DNA of 64,000 bases from positions 2,016,001 to 2,080,000 of the forward strand of contig OZ244052.1 of assembly GCA_965215125.1 (NCBI GenBank). Direction: 5' to 3'. Position 1 is the stretch's first letter; the number at the start of each line of letters is the position of its first letter. Positions 51,498 through 63,909 of the stretch are shown piece by piece. Under the pieces are notes generated by a model that saw only the letters and a list, made by a program, of their open reading frames with translations, had not been told where the DNA came from and made no database searches. The position numbers and the translations under genes are program-made. The stretch comes from an uncultured candidatus Porisulfidus sp. (GTDB lineage: Bacteria; Pseudomonadota; Gammaproteobacteria; Poriferisulfidales; Oxydemutatoraceae).

Positions 51498-52550
51498 TTA
51501 AAGCATTATGCTGCCGATAGAATCTATCGCTATATCACAAAAATCCGGATTAATTTCAAAACCAATCCCGTTTCTTTTTAGGATTGAAGATGCAAGTAAA
51601 GTGGTTCCCGATCCCATAAATGGGTCAATAACCGACTCACCAACATAACTGTATGCACGAATTAAGCGGCTCGGCATCTCTAAAGGAAATGGAGCAGCAT
51701 GACTGCGGCTAACCCCGCTTTTTTCCGGCTTCATAAGCCAAACATCAGAATTCTTAATCGAAAGCCAAAAGTCTTTATCAAGCTTTGACATTTCTTTTTG
51801 CTCTTGAGTGACATGAGAATACTTTGAACAGACTTTATGCATTGGTTTCTCAAACTCTAAAATAAACTCATGCATGTGATTCAATAATATTCCACCGGGA
51901 TAAGGGTAAGTTCCAAAATGCGCGCGAACCCCATTTGTTTTATGCCAAACTATATCTCGCTTGAAAACGAAACCAATGTTTTCACACAAATCAACATTCC
52001 TACCTACAAGATTAAGTGTTTTAAATGTCTTATTTTGGCGAATTGGAAGATTCATTATGTTCAAAAAGAACTTGCGCCCTGGTTGGAGGACGCGATACAC
52101 CTCTTTCCATACATCGGATATTTCCGACAACCACTCTTCTAAATCATGGATATTTCCCAAGTCGGATTTTGAATCGGAATACATTTTGGCGTTGAAATAT
52201 GGAGGAGAAGTTATTGCCAAGTGAACACTCTCATCAGTAACACTATGCATATTTCTGCTATCAGAGCAGAATATTGTTTGCCTAGTTCCAAATTTATTAA
52301 TTTCAATTTTTCCTTTATTATCATTTTTTTTTCTCTTGGCATTTCTAAAATTCTCAATATCTTTCAAAGCCAATCTGTATTGACCGCTCGTTGATTTGAA
52401 TGCGGCGATATGGCCGTTTTTTATTTTGTTGTGTATTTCGGTTACAGAGAATCCGGTGTAATAAGATGCTTCTACTACGGACAGGTATTCTCGTTCCGCA
52501 TAATCCCTGTTGTTTTCGGTTTTATGCATGATTACTGTCAACAAATTCAA
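51498..52550 (-). CDS. DNA methyltransferase (probably N4-cytosine) with an N-terminal excisionase-like HTH
   Basis: YLSVVEAS.YTG.S...I...I..G.I.A.K..SGQYR HTH; TSPPY motif IV; HAAPFP; DPFMGSGTT motif I. Confidence 0.88.
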   Translation of the reverse strand: MNLLTVIMHKTENNRDYAEREYLSVVEASYYTGFSVTEIHNKIKNGHIAAFKSTSGQYRLALKDIENFRNAKRKKNDNKGKIEINKFGTRQTIFCSDSRNMHSVTDESVHLAITSPPYFNAKMYSDSKSDLGNIHDLEEWLSEISDVWKEVYRVLQPGRKFFLNIMNLPIRQNKTFKTLNLVGRNVDLCENIGFVFKRDIVWHKTNGVRAHFGTYPYPGGILLNHMHEFILEFEKPMHKVCSKYSHVTQEQKEMSKLDKDFWLSIKNSDVWLMKPEKSGVSRSHAAPFPLEMPSRLIRAYSYVGESVIDPFMGSGTTLLASSILKRNGIGFEINPDFCDIAIDSIGSIML

Positions 52551-52762
52551 ATGATGTGGACATTAATAATCTCCGGTTAAAAGTAATTCTAAAGGGGCAT
52601 ATAAAAACCGTCAAATTTTCATATACCGTTACTGCAATATGGTATAACCCTATATCAGTAGCATATTTTAATGTCAAGCAGAATATGGATTAAATAGCCA
52701 TATGCCCGACGAACGGTATAGCAACCTGAGCCAAGTATCGGACCATATCCGTAGAGGGGGTA

Positions 52763-53512
52763 TCATGATTTGGCGGATAAATACGACAATCGGTGGAGCG
52801 TGGTGTTATCGTTCGTGACTTCCAACACGCTACCTTGTTCGTACCAATCGCCCAGCACCAGCCGTTGCGTCGCTCTGCCGTCCAACATGAAATCGTGTAT
52901 GGCCGGACGATGCACATGCCCGTGTATGAGTCGTCGGACGCGGTAGTGTCGCATCGTTGCATTTACGGTATCGGTGTTGACATCCATAATCGCTTCCGCT
53001 TTTTTGGCGGTGGCGTTTTCGCTTGTAGAAATTAATCGCTTGACGAAGGATTGCCGCCATCTCAGCGGCATTGCTTTCCAAAGTTTTTGCAGTGTGCGGT
53101 TGCGAACCACAACCCTATATCTTTGATAAGCCACATCGTCGGTACACAGTTGGTCGCCGTGCATCAATAGGGTTTCGCAACCTTCTATATCGACTACGAC
53201 GGCATCTTGTGCCGGGTGCTCGCCGGCAAATCGGCAATGCGTGCGGCGGCTAAACTCTTCACCGATTAAGAAATCGTGGTTGCCGTGCATGAAATAGAGC
53301 GGTTTTTTGTCTGCGTACTTTCGTAGTGCCACGAAGACCGCCTCCAAGCCTATCGCCGGGTCGTCGTCGCCCAGCCATTGATCGAATAAATCGCCGAGTA
53401 TATAAAGTTGTTGTGCGGCTTGCGCGCGGTTCTCTAGGAAATTACAGAAAAGTTCGACAATTTGCGGTCGCTTCGGACTGAGATGACAATCTGCAATGAA
53501 TAGCGTTGTCAT
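52763..53512 (-). CDS. lpxH: UDP-2,3-diacylglucosamine diphosphatase
   Basis: [49 protein letters not shown]. Confidence 0.95.
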   Translation of the reverse strand: MTTLFIADCHLSPKRPQIVELFCNFLENRAQAAQQLYILGDLFDQWLGDDDPAIGLEAVFVALRKYADKKPLYFMHGNHDFLIGEEFSRRTHCRFAGEHPAQDAVVVDIEGCETLLMHGDQLCTDDVAYQRYRVVVRNRTLQKLWKAMPLRWRQSFVKRLISTSENATAKKAEAIMDVNTDTVNATMRHYRVRRLIHGHVHRPAIHDFMLDGRATQRLVLGDWYEQGSVLEVTNDNTTLHRLSYLSAKS

Positions 53513-54129
53513 CCATTCTCTAGGGTCGCCTTTGTAATGGTAATCGTCTGCATCGGGACATCTTGATGACCTTGTTTTGGACCGGTTTTGACCGTTGCGA
53601 TTTTATCCACTACTTCCATACCCGAGATCACTTTACCGAAGACACAATATCCCCAGCCTTGCATGCTCTTATCTCTAAAATTAAGAAAGTCGTTATTTTT
53701 GAGGTTGATGAAAAATTGCGAACTTGCCGAGTCCGGGTCGGGGGTGCGCGCCATCGCAATAGTGCCGCGGTCGTTTTTCAAACCGTTGTCGGCTTCGTTT
53801 TTAATGTCGGGATGGGTTTGTTTTTGGTTCATATCTTCGGTAAAACCACCGCCTTGTATCATAAAGTTGGGTATCACCCGATGAAAGATAGTACCGTCGT
53901 AAAAACCCTCGTTGACATATCTCAGAAAATTTTCTGCGGTAATCGGTGCTTTATCGCCATTGAGTTCAATTTTGATATCGCCTTCGTTGGTTTTTAATGT
54001 AACGATTGCATTTTCGGTGTTGGTATTCATTGATTTATTATCCTTGTCTTCGGTTTGTGAAGGCTTGCACGCAACGATTGCAAGACAAGCCACTAGCACA
54101 ATGCTATGTGTTAAATATTTTTTGGTCAT
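53509..54129 (-). CDS. ppiB: Cyclophilin-type peptidyl-prolyl isomerase with a lipoprotein-like N-terminus
   Basis: [42 protein letters not shown]; IVAC lipobox-like motif after ATG 54129; ppiB-lpxH synteny. Confidence 0.88.
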   Translation of the reverse strand: MTKKYLTHSIVLVACLAIVACKPSQTEDKDNKSMNTNTENAIVTLKTNEGDIKIELNGDKAPITAENFLRYVNEGFYDGTIFHRVIPNFMIQGGGFTEDMNQKQTHPDIKNEADNGLKNDRGTIAMARTPDPDSASSQFFINLKNNDFLNFRDKSMQGWGYCVFGKVISGMEVVDKIATVKTGPKQGHQDVPMQTITITKATLENG

Positions 54130-54267
54130 CGTAGTAATTTTATTCGGTATAGTTAAAACGCATATTCTAGCATATTCGGTAATCATTTCTATGCGCAGTG
54201 CCGCTACCAATCCATCCATCGATGATACCGAAGATATTTGCAATCTACCGTAAGGCCGTTGCGCTAT

Positions 54268-55494
54268 TCAAAGATAGCATATCGGGATGGCATCTATCCG
54301 ATGATTGAGCGGTATGTCTTTGCTCTTCAAACATAGGACGGCACCGTGTCCTATCTTTTTGCCCAATTTGCTAAGAACCGAAAATCTTTTTGCGGAGAAT
54401 TTAGTAAAAGTCGCTGTTTTTTTGATTTCTACGGGATAAAGCGTATCGTCTAGTTCTATAATTAGATCTATTTCTTTTTGATCGGTATCTCTGTAATAGT
54501 ACATATAAGGTGTTTTTCCGTTGTGCCAGTAACTTTTTAATATTTCCGCCACGACATAACTTTCCAGCATAGCACCGGACATAGCACCGGCTTCCAAGGA
54601 CCGAGGCGACGACCACTGCGTAATATAGCTACACAAACCGGTGTCTAGAAAATAGATTTTAGGAGTTTTGAGCAGGCGTTTGCTCACATTATTATGATAC
54701 GGATGGAGTAGATAGATCAGCCCCGAAGCCTCCAGCACGGACAACCAAGATTTAGCTGTTTTATAATCAATATCGGCATCTCGTGAAATATCGGCATAGT
54801 TGAGCAGTTGCCCGGTTCTTGCCGCGATTGTCCTAATAAATCTAAGAAAGGCATTGTTGTTTTTGATATTAAGCATATCTTTAACATCTCTTTGTATATA
54901 AGTCTGTAAGTAAGAACTATAAAATATATCGTGAGGTATATTTTTGCCTAAAATGTATCCGGGATAGGAACCTTGCCAAATTTCCTTGTAAACGGTCATA
55001 AGGTTTTTAGTTCTTCCGATATTTTTTCTCGCTTGTTTGATCCATTGAGCCGTAGGAACAAAAGGTTTGATTTGCAGAGATCTGTTGTCTCTTTCGCCTT
55101 GAGAGAAGCCCAGCATATTAATAATGGCAACGCGTCCGGCGAGGCTTTCGCTAACATGGTCCATCAGATGGAATTTTTGAGAGCCGGTTAGCCAAAATAT
55201 ACCTGGTTTTTTATATTCGTCAACATAGATTTTGATATGACTAAAAAGTTCGGGTGCATATTGGACTTCGTCTATGAGCAGAGGAGGCGGGTGTTTCTGG
55301 AGAAAAAGCTCGGGTTCTTTCCGAGCCAGATATCTTTGATCTCCGTCATCTAATGTAACATAGGATCTTTGGGAATTGCACAAAGATTTAAGCAAAGTTG
55401 TTTTTCCGACTTGCCTAGGACCAGTTAGCAATAGGACAGGAAATCCTTTTGTAATAAGGGTTATTGTCTTTTTTAGAGTACGTTCTTTAATCAT
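54268..55494 (-). CDS. AAA+ ATPase (AAA_14 + DUF4143 type)
   Basis: GPRQVGKTT, IDEVQY, LTGS, ESLAGR, KTPKIYFLDTGL, YYRD..QKEIDL..PVEIKK. Confidence 0.9.
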   Translation of the reverse strand: MIKERTLKKTITLITKGFPVLLLTGPRQVGKTTLLKSLCNSQRSYVTLDDGDQRYLARKEPELFLQKHPPPLLIDEVQYAPELFSHIKIYVDEYKKPGIFWLTGSQKFHLMDHVSESLAGRVAIINMLGFSQGERDNRSLQIKPFVPTAQWIKQARKNIGRTKNLMTVYKEIWQGSYPGYILGKNIPHDIFYSSYLQTYIQRDVKDMLNIKNNNAFLRFIRTIAARTGQLLNYADISRDADIDYKTAKSWLSVLEASGLIYLLHPYHNNVSKRLLKTPKIYFLDTGLCSYITQWSSPRSLEAGAMSGAMLESYVVAEILKSYWHNGKTPYMYYYRDTDQKEIDLIIELDDTLYPVEIKKTATFTKFSAKRFSVLSKLGKKIGHGAVLCLKSKDIPLNHRIDAIPICYL

Positions 55495-55548
55495 ATCTAT
55501 TTCGTTTAATTAGGTAGTATACTCCCATATTAAACGAAAGGCAATTAA

Positions 55549-55772
55549 GCCGATAGAGCAATCGGCTGTTCTGTTGCGCCTGCCACCCCTCCGAAGGAGA
55601 GGAATGGACCACCCCAGCGAAAGGCTTTACATTTTGTAATATGTATCAAGACTCTGCACAGCGTTATGCCGATTAACCTACTGGCTTAATCGGCGGTTCT
55701 ATTACGCCTGCCACCTCTCCACAGGAAGGGAATGTACCGTCCTACAGTTCGTGGATACTTTTTCAACGGCCC
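55549..55772. repeat. Composite intergenic repeat (reverse orientation)
   Basis: Minus strand GGGCCGTTGAAAAAGTATCCACGAACTGTAGGACGGTACATTCCC is near-identical to 14175, followed by CCCCTCC and GAACCGCC modules twice. Confidence 0.8.
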
Positions 55773-55800
55773 GGCGTATCTGTACAGGTATCATATAAAC

Positions 55801-56613
55801 CTAAATGCGCGCCATCGTATACCGAAAATGTTCGGTAATGTCTTTTAGACAATAAATATCATCAAAGCCTGCATCCTGCATTAGGTGTCCCACCGTTTCG
55901 GCTTGTTTGCAACCGTGTTCTACGAGTAGCGTGCCGTGCTTATGAAGATGCTTCTCGGCACTCGCTATAATCGCACTCAACTCGGCAATGCCGTTGTCTT
56001 CGGCATATAATGCAAGACCGGGCTCTGCTGCGATTGCGCCTTGGTCTGTCTCGCTATCGTCGGATGCAATATAAGGCGGGTTGGCGATAATCCAATCAAA
56101 ACATCCGTTTATATTTTGATACCAGTCACTCTGTACAAAAGTTATATCGCACCGATGCCGTTGTGCATTGCTTCGCGCAACATCCAACGCACTCGAGGAT
56201 ATATCGCTTGCTACGATTTGTAAATCGGGGCGGTGGCGAGCGATTGCAACTGCGATATTGCCACACCCGGTACCCAGATCCAGCAACCGTGCATCAAACG
56301 GCATAGAATTAATCGCACATTCAACTGCGATCTCCGTTTCCGGGCGCGGTATCAACACAGCCTCGTTGACTAGGAAATCTAAACCGTAGAATTCTTGATA
56401 ACCCTTTAAGTAGGCCAAAGGGTTGCCGTTTTTCCGTTTGTCCGCAAGCTGTCTCAAACGCTTACTTTGGGTAGGGTTGAGTTGATATTCGGGGTGTGCG
56501 TAAAGCCATGCGCGATCTTTGCCTAAAGCATGGCTCAGCAGGTAATCGCTCTCGCCGGAGTTGTCGCCAAGCATTGCTTGTGCATAGTGTCGTGCGGTTC
56601 GTACGTCCATCAT
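55801..56613 (-). CDS. prmC: Release factor glutamine methyltransferase
   Basis: [34 protein letters not shown]. Confidence 0.96.
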   Translation of the reverse strand: MMDVRTARHYAQAMLGDNSGESDYLLSHALGKDRAWLYAHPEYQLNPTQSKRLRQLADKRKNGNPLAYLKGYQEFYGLDFLVNEAVLIPRPETEIAVECAINSMPFDARLLDLGTGCGNIAVAIARHRPDLQIVASDISSSALDVARSNAQRHRCDITFVQSDWYQNINGCFDWIIANPPYIASDDSETDQGAIAAEPGLALYAEDNGIAELSAIIASAEKHLHKHGTLLVEHGCKQAETVGHLMQDAGFDDIYCLKDITEHFRYTMARI

Positions 56614-57695
56614 TCCCTACTGAGTGCGATTAGCAAATCGGCATGGTTTTCGTTGACCAGTGGTGTGATTAGCATATCCAAGTCGCCTTCCAGTAATTGC
56701 GGTAACTGGTAGAGTGTCAAGGCAATGCGGTGGTCGGTGACCCGACCTTGCGGAAAATTGTAGGTACGGATGCGTTCGGAGCGATCGCCGCTACCGACCA
56801 AATTGCGACGGTTCTCGGCGTGTTCTTGCTCCTGCTTACGCCGCTCTGCGTCTAGGAGCTTGGCTTGCAATAAAGAGATCGCACGCATTTTATTTTTATG
56901 CTGCGAGCGTTCGTCCTGACATTCAACGACGATGCCGCTAGGTTGATGGGTGAGGCGGATTGCCGAATCGGTTTTATTGACATGCTGCCCGCCGGCTCCG
57001 GATGCCCTGAAGGTATCAATGCGTACTTCGCTCATATCAATCTCTATGTGATCTATTTCTTGTGCTTCGGGCATCACTGCGACGGTTGCCGCCGAAGTAT
57101 GGATGCGTCCTTGCGATTCGGTTTCCGGTACGCGCTGCACGCGATGTGCGCCCGACTCGAATTTAAGGCGAGAATAAACCGCGTCGCCTTTGATTTTGGA
57201 GATAATTTCCTTGAATCCTCCGTGATCTCCCTCGTTGACATTTAATACCTCTATCTGCCATCGCTTTTTTTCCACATAACGACTGTACATCCGAAATAGG
57301 TCGCCGGCGAAAATAGCAGCTTCGTCACCACCGGTGCCGGCTCGAATTTCTAAAAATATATTCGCTTGGTCGTGTGGGTCTTCGGGGATTAGTAACTGTA
57401 CCAACTCGTGTTCCAGTGTTGTTTGCCGTTGTTGCAAATCTTTGATTTCCTCCTGTGCGACAACGCGTAGCGCATCGTCCGGTTCGCCTAATAGCTCTTC
57501 GGCTTCACCGATTTTATCGTTGCAGTCGCAGTATGCCTTATAGTGTTTAACGATCGCATCCAAGTGTGCGTATTCTTGCCCGAGCTTTTTGTACCGTGCT
57601 TGATCTTGTATGATCTCGGGGTCCGCTAATCGCGAGGCTATTTGCCGATGATGCTCGGATGCCGCATCTAGCTTTTTGAGTATTGAAGGTTTCAT
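56610..57695 (-). CDS. prfA: Peptide chain release factor 1
   Basis: [14 protein letters not shown] motif ([14 protein letters not shown]), GGQ. Confidence 0.98.
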   Translation of the reverse strand: MKPSILKKLDAASEHHRQIASRLADPEIIQDQARYKKLGQEYAHLDAIVKHYKAYCDCNDKIGEAEELLGEPDDALRVVAQEEIKDLQQRQTTLEHELVQLLIPEDPHDQANIFLEIRAGTGGDEAAIFAGDLFRMYSRYVEKKRWQIEVLNVNEGDHGGFKEIISKIKGDAVYSRLKFESGAHRVQRVPETESQGRIHTSAATVAVMPEAQEIDHIEIDMSEVRIDTFRASGAGGQHVNKTDSAIRLTHQPSGIVVECQDERSQHKNKMRAISLLQAKLLDAERRKQEQEHAENRRNLVGSGDRSERIRTYNFPQGRVTDHRIALTLYQLPQLLEGDLDMLITPLVNENHADLLIALSRE

Positions 57696-58957
57696 TGATC
57701 TATGCTTGGGTTATTGTACAATCGGGTCGCAGCGCGGATTAAATCCGCATCGCCGCTTGTGGCAGCTTTATTGAGCGTTTCAATTGTGCGGTGCATCAGT
57801 TTAGCGGTTAGTGTATGTTTTAGATATTCTAAGGCTTCTGTGGGATCTTTGCCTTGTTCAATCAGCGCAAGGGACTTTTGATATACTTCGGCACTTTGTT
57901 CGTTGGCTTCCGCCTTGAGTTTTGTAATCATCCGTGCTACTTGTCTGGTATTCAACCATTTCATAAAGTTTTGAATCTCGTATTCGATAATTTTTTGTGC
58001 TTCGCCGACATTGCTTATGCGATGGTGTTTGTTGATATCTACGATTCGAGTTATGTTTTCCAGCGTATAAAGATAAACATTTTCTATGTCTGCAACCGCA
58101 GATTCTATATCCCGAGGCAACGCCAGGTCAACGATGCACAAAGGGTTTTGTTTGCGCTGCTTCAGTGCTTGCTCAATTGCCGCTGTCCCGAGTATTGCAT
58201 CCTTGCTCGCCGTGCAACTAATAATTAAGTCAAAGTGGTGAAGCGACTCGGAAATTTCGTTAAAGGGGAGGGTATCGGCATCCAGCTGTGATGCCAGTTT
58301 TTCGGCATTTTGCGGTGAGCGACTAGCGATAGTCAAAGTGCCGATGTCTTGGCTTTTGAGCTGCAAGGCGGTCGCTTTTATCATGTCGCCGGAACCGATC
58401 ATCAAGGCGTGGCGCGAGGACAGTTTTGCAAAGATTTTTTGAGACACCGCAACCGCAATAGAAGGATACGAGGTCTTATATTGCCCCAAAGCCGTCTCGC
58501 TGCGTACTCGCTTGGCGGTGTACAAAGCGCATTCAAATAACTTGTTCAATACGGTATTGGTGCGGTTGTTCGATAATGCAGTTTGATACGCCGTTTTAAC
58601 CTGCCCTAAGACTTGCGGTTCGCCGATAATTTCCGATTTAAGACTGCCGGCAACTTCAAATAAATGACGCACTGCAGCGACATCGCCGAATTGAAAAAAA
58701 TACTCTGCATTATCGGTGTAACCGATGCCTCCTAGAGTGCATAACCATTTTATAAGCTGCTCCGCTTGAATATCGTCCGACATCTCTACATAAAGTTCGC
58801 AACGGTTACAGGTAGAAAGTATCACACCGTACTTGATGTGCAGCTGTTTCTCAAGTTCGGACAGTGCACCGTGAATGGAGTCCGCCGGCAAACTTAATTG
58901 CTCGCGAATTGCAAACGGAGCCGTATGATGATTGAGACCGACGACAGCTAAACTCAT
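57692..58957 (-). CDS. hemA: Glutamyl-tRNA reductase
   Basis: [37 protein letters not shown]. Confidence 0.96.
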   Translation of the reverse strand: MSLAVVGLNHHTAPFAIREQLSLPADSIHGALSELEKQLHIKYGVILSTCNRCELYVEMSDDIQAEQLIKWLCTLGGIGYTDNAEYFFQFGDVAAVRHLFEVAGSLKSEIIGEPQVLGQVKTAYQTALSNNRTNTVLNKLFECALYTAKRVRSETALGQYKTSYPSIAVAVSQKIFAKLSSRHALMIGSGDMIKATALQLKSQDIGTLTIASRSPQNAEKLASQLDADTLPFNEISESLHHFDLIISCTASKDAILGTAAIEQALKQRKQNPLCIVDLALPRDIESAVADIENVYLYTLENITRIVDINKHHRISNVGEAQKIIEYEIQNFMKWLNTRQVARMITKLKAEANEQSAEVYQKSLALIEQGKDPTEALEYLKHTLTAKLMHRTIETLNKAATSGDADLIRAATRLYNNPSIDQ

Positions 58958-59038
58958 TACTCTATATACTTAAAGGATACGATTATGGATGCGTAAGGCG
59001 TAGTTTAGCAGATATACGATAGTCTCTGTACTTTAGGC

Positions 59039-59248
59039 GGACCATTCCCCTCCTGTGGAGGGGTGGCAGGCGTAATAGAATCACCACTTGTTGCAGTAGC
59101 ACAAGTGGTGTCACTTTGTGCAGAACCTTAATGCATAGTACAAAATGTAAAGCCTTTCCACTGGGTGGTTGTGTCGTATCTGCACTATTTATAAATCCAT
59201 CTATCCAATTTATGGAAATCAAAACCATACGACGCAAGCGGTTGCGGT
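59039..59248. repeat. Composite intergenic repeat
   Basis: CCATTCCCCTCCTGTGGAGGGGTGGCAGGCGTAATAGAA..ACAAAATGTAAAGCCTTT (shared, inverted, with ~55620)..ATCCAATTTATGGAAA..GCAAGCGGTTGC (shared with ~2420-2550). Confidence 0.75.
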
Positions 59249-59344
59249 TCTTCTGATAGGAGATCACAAGAGTCGTACACTACCTTGCTTTATTTTGGAT
59301 AATATGGAAAATATAGTTTTTCTACTAAACACGGAGAAATAACT

Positions 59345-59575
59345 ATGTCGGAATTTGATCAAGAATTAGATACTTGTGGCTTGAATTGTCCTTTGCCGAT
59401 ATTGCATGCTAAAAAGACTTTGGCGAAGATGGAACAAGGCCAGGTTTTGCATATCATTTCAACCGACGCAGGTTCGGTTAAAGATTTTGAAGCGTTTTCA
59501 AAGCAAACCGGGAACGAGTTGCTCGAATCTAAAGAAGAGGGCGGTAAATTTTACTTTTTAATGAAAAAAGCATGA
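59345..59575 (+). CDS. tusA: Sulfur carrier TusA/SirA family protein
   Basis: LDTCGLNCPLP, TDAGSVKDF. Confidence 0.92.
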   Translation: MSEFDQELDTCGLNCPLPILHAKKTLAKMEQGQVLHIISTDAGSVKDFEAFSKQTGNELLESKEEGGKFYFLMKKA

Positions 59576-59621
59576 TAATTGATTTATCGGGGTGTTTGAT
59601 TCTGATGCGATGTGAGTGTGC

Positions 59622-60140
59622 ATGAGCACCTCGCACAAGCATATATTTTCTATTTTGCTGGCTAACGAATCGGGCGTGTTGACGCGTGCCTCGGGGCTTT
59701 TTTCGGCACGCGGATACAATATAGAATCGCTGACCGTAGCACCGACCGTCGACGAGTCATTATCGCGCATGACGATCGTTACAACCGGCGAAGACAAAGT
59801 TGCCGAACAAATCGTCAAGCAGTTGTATAAACTGGTGGATGTGATAGAGGTATCGGATTTAGCCGGTGAGAAGCATGTGCAGAGAGAAATGCTGTTGGCT
59901 AAGGTCGCACACGATGGTAGCGAGCAAAGCATACAAGCTATTCATAAACTGGCGCACGATCACGATGCCGAGATTATAGAATGTTTGGATACCTACTGCA
60001 TGATACAAATGATGGCGTTTGATGCAAAGATAGATCGTTTCATAAAAGCAATCGAAGCGCATCGGAATGTTCTGGAGATTGTGAGATCCGGAGTGATTAC
60101 TCTGAGTAGAAGTGAACAGATATTAGGAGACAAAAAATGA
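59622..60140 (+). CDS. ilvH: Acetolactate synthase small (regulatory) subunit
   Basis: NESGVLTR.SGLFSARGYNIESLTV, EQIVKQL.KLVDV, EIVRSG. Confidence 0.95.
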   Translation: MSTSHKHIFSILLANESGVLTRASGLFSARGYNIESLTVAPTVDESLSRMTIVTTGEDKVAEQIVKQLYKLVDVIEVSDLAGEKHVQREMLLAKVAHDGSEQSIQAIHKLAHDHDAEIIECLDTYCMIQMMAFDAKIDRFIKAIEAHRNVLEIVRSGVITLSRSEQILGDKK

Positions 60141-60979
60141 ACCGGATCAATGACAATATAAGAACACCACCTATTAAAATCCAGGGTATAAAAACAAAAG
60201 CACTACCCTATATAAAACAAAATATTGACTGGGATGGGAGAGGGCTATGGATAGAACCATTCCTTGGTTCGGCTGTTGTGCTACTCAATATAGAGCCGAA
60301 TAAAGCCGTGGTTGGAGATTCAAATCCTCATATTATTAAGTTGTACAAATCTATTCAGAATGGTACTCTTAATCACGACTCGGTACGACACCATCTTGAA
60401 CGAGAGGGGGATAGACTTTCTCGTCTAGGCGAGGACTGCTACTACGAAATAAGAAATCGATTCAATAAAAATAGCGACCCGCATGATTTTCTTTTCTTAA
60501 ATCGCTCTTGTTTTAATGGCTTAATGAGATTCAATAAATCCGGGGGCTTCAATACACCGTTTTGCCGTAAACCTGAAAGGTTCGCGCCTGCATATATTAC
60601 CAAGATTTGTAATCAAGTCGGATGGGCATCGGAAAAGATTAAAGGAAAAAATTGGGAGTTTATGTGTTCAGACTGGTCTGAATTGTTGTCAAATACCGAC
60701 CCTAATGATTTTGTTTATGCAGACCCCCCATACGCAGGCAGATATAACGACTATTTCAATTCATGGAGCAAGGATGATGCATTTGAATTTGAAGAGACAC
60801 TAAAGTCTCTACCGTGCAGATTTCTATATTCCATGTGGTCGGAGAATAAATATAGAAGAAATGATCAGCTTTATAATCAATTTTCAGACTACGAGATAAA
60901 GACTTTTTCGCACTTTTATCATCTTGGTTCATCCGAGGATTTAAGACACTCTATAACCGAAGCATTGGTGGTCGGATGA
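60137..60979 (+). CDS. Dam-family (D12 class) N6-adenine methyltransferase, M.EcoRV-like
   Basis: PPIKIQGIKTK, WIEPFLGS, DFLFLNRSCFNG.MRFN..GGFN.PFC.KP.RFA.AYITKI.NQV, DPPY; closely recalls M.EcoRV. Confidence 0.9.
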   Translation: MNRINDNIRTPPIKIQGIKTKALPYIKQNIDWDGRGLWIEPFLGSAVVLLNIEPNKAVVGDSNPHIIKLYKSIQNGTLNHDSVRHHLEREGDRLSRLGEDCYYEIRNRFNKNSDPHDFLFLNRSCFNGLMRFNKSGGFNTPFCRKPERFAPAYITKICNQVGWASEKIKGKNWEFMCSDWSELLSNTDPNDFVYADPPYAGRYNDYFNSWSKDDAFEFEETLKSLPCRFLYSMWSENKYRRNDQLYNQFSDYEIKTFSHFYHLGSSEDLRHSITEALVVG

Positions 60980-61171
60980 AGGATTTTATTCTACGCACCT
61001 TAGCACAAATGAAGAACGGGTACAGTTTCTGTGGAGTTATAGACCGAAAAGGAAGAGTTTATCCACTGGGTTCTGATACAAAGGTGATTAGCTCTCTGTT
61101 TGAGATAGTGACCCGTCAGGCTGTGATAAAGTACGCAGCCAGTTCAGGATTACAACTAAAAGAACCGCTAT

Positions 61172-61185
<14 letters not shown>
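60976..61185 (+). pseudogene. Truncated EcoRV-like restriction endonuclease
   Basis: CGVI...GRVYPLGSDTKVISSLFE recalls EcoRV GKIYPLGSDTKVLSTIFE; ends at ..EP just before the catalytic PD motif. Confidence 0.85.
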
Positions 61186-62391
<1,206 letters not shown>

Positions 62392-62397
62392 GCGACA

Positions 62398-63180
62398 ATG
62401 CAACAAGTTAAAGGCAAGGCACTAAAGAAAGGCATATTCTTATTGCCTAGTTTGGTTACCATAGCTTCCTTGTTTAGTGGTGTGTATGCAATGATCATGG
62501 CATATGCAGGGGACTACGAGCGCGCGGCGATTTTCGGTTTGCTTTGCGTTCTGCTCGACGGCATAGACGGCAATGTCGCACGGCTGACCCATACCGTGAG
62601 TCGTTTCGGTGCCGAACTCGATAGTCTGACCGATGTCGTTGTATTCGGGTGTATTCCGGCACTGATTATTTATCAATGGTCGTTAATCCATATTAGCGAG
62701 ACCGGCTGGTTGCTCGCTAAAATAGGCTGGCTGGTGGTCTTTTTTTATATTGCCATGACGGTAATAAGATTAGCGCGTTTCAACTCTCAGCAAGATACCC
62801 TGAAGAAATATTTTAGAGGCATGCCGTGCCCTGCAGCGGCAACCTTATTAATGAGCTTCGTATGGGTATGGGAAGACATGGGTTATAGCGGTATCGAAGC
62901 CATAGGTCTAAGCTGTGTAATTTTGCTTTTAAGCGGTATCGCGATGATTAGCAACCTGAGCTACTACAGCATCAAGCAAATAGAGATCAGCAGGGTGTCT
63001 TTGACCGGTATATTGGCAGCGGTAAGCCTGCTGATTATAGTCTCTTTGGACATTCCCAAGGTTATCCTTTTTCTATCGCTATTATATTTATTTTCGGGAC
63101 CTTCTTTGTGGTTATCCAGACTATTCAAGAGACGCATTTCGTATAAGCGCACACTGCCATCCACTCGCATAGGCAAATAA
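62398..63180 (+). CDS. pssA: CDP-diacylglycerol--serine O-phosphatidyltransferase
   Basis: LPSLVT, DGIDGNVAR..S.FGAELDSL.D, RLARFN, F.GMP.PAAA; ilvC-pssA synteny. Confidence 0.92.
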   Translation: MQQVKGKALKKGIFLLPSLVTIASLFSGVYAMIMAYAGDYERAAIFGLLCVLLDGIDGNVARLTHTVSRFGAELDSLTDVVVFGCIPALIIYQWSLIHISETGWLLAKIGWLVVFFYIAMTVIRLARFNSQQDTLKKYFRGMPCPAAATLLMSFVWVWEDMGYSGIEAIGLSCVILLLSGIAMISNLSYYSIKQIEISRVSLTGILAAVSLLIIVSLDIPKVILFLSLLYLFSGPSLWLSRLFKRRISYKRTLPSTRIGK

Positions 63181-63198
63181 TACTGTGGGAGAAGGAAA

Positions 63199-63642
63199 AT
63201 GAAGGCTAAAGGATATCACTATACCGAATGTGGATTAAAAAACGTATATATTGAAGGCTTAGCCGTTGTCAATGACAATGATGAAGAGGTAATTCAAATT
63301 CCGAATATACAGGAATTGCATTGGTTGATTGCCAAAGATATCTTGGAATCCAAATCTATGAATGGAGATGAAATAAGATTTCTAAGAACAGAAATGGGTT
63401 ACACTCCCGAGGAGTTTTCAAAGCAGTTAAATATAGCTTTAAGAACGCTGAAGTCTATGGAAAACGGCAAGACCAAAATCAAAGAGGATATAGGCCTGAA
63501 ACTGAGACAGTTAGGTTTCTCAATGTTAATAGTACCTAAATGCCATTTATATAACACCGGTGTACAGAAGAAAACCAGGCGTATAGAAGCTATCCAATCT
63601 GCATCTAAATCTCCCACCTATAGGCTTCAGAAAATAGCATAA
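63199..63642 (+). CDS. XRE-type HTH protein resembling MqsA-like antitoxins
   Basis: YHYTECGLKNVYI.G N-terminus, IPNIQELH..IA, G.EIRFLR.EMG.T..EF..L...TL..ENG HTH. Confidence 0.7.
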   Translation: MKAKGYHYTECGLKNVYIEGLAVVNDNDEEVIQIPNIQELHWLIAKDILESKSMNGDEIRFLRTEMGYTPEEFSKQLNIALRTLKSMENGKTKIKEDIGLKLRQLGFSMLIVPKCHLYNTGVQKKTRRIEAIQSASKSPTYRLQKIA

Positions 63643-63644
63643 GA

Positions 63645-63909
63645 GGGGCTGCTGAAAAAGTATTTTGCACCGTAGGGACGGACTATTCCCCTCCTCGTAG
63701 AGGTGGCAGGCGTTAGCCTGACGGGGTGGTCGCAGAAGTGGGGCTGTTGAAAAAGTATTCCATAAAGTTGTAGGGGCGGACTTGCATGTCCGCCCGAAAC
63801 GTATCATGTTTGCACGATTAACGCGTTCACCCATTAATATTATGGAAACCATTATTTGTTAGCGCAAGCGGTTACGGTTGCACGCTGACGATACTTTTTC
63901 AACAGCCTC
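63645..63909. mobile_element. Composite repeat ending in a complete ~170-bp MITE-like unit
   Basis: GGGGCTGCTGAAAAAG + CCCCTCC module, then GGGGCTGTTGAAAAAGTAT (63740) .. GTAG-REP .. ATACTTTTTCAACAGCCTC (63909). Confidence 0.8.

Noticed and set aside
58983-59267. Small ORFs within composite repeats (also 2171-2404, 2247-2456, 14105-14290, 20483-20701, 63547-63852)
   Set aside because: They are translations of the repeat modules (recurring PPLQ/FSTAP/GGLACPP strings) with no evidence of coding
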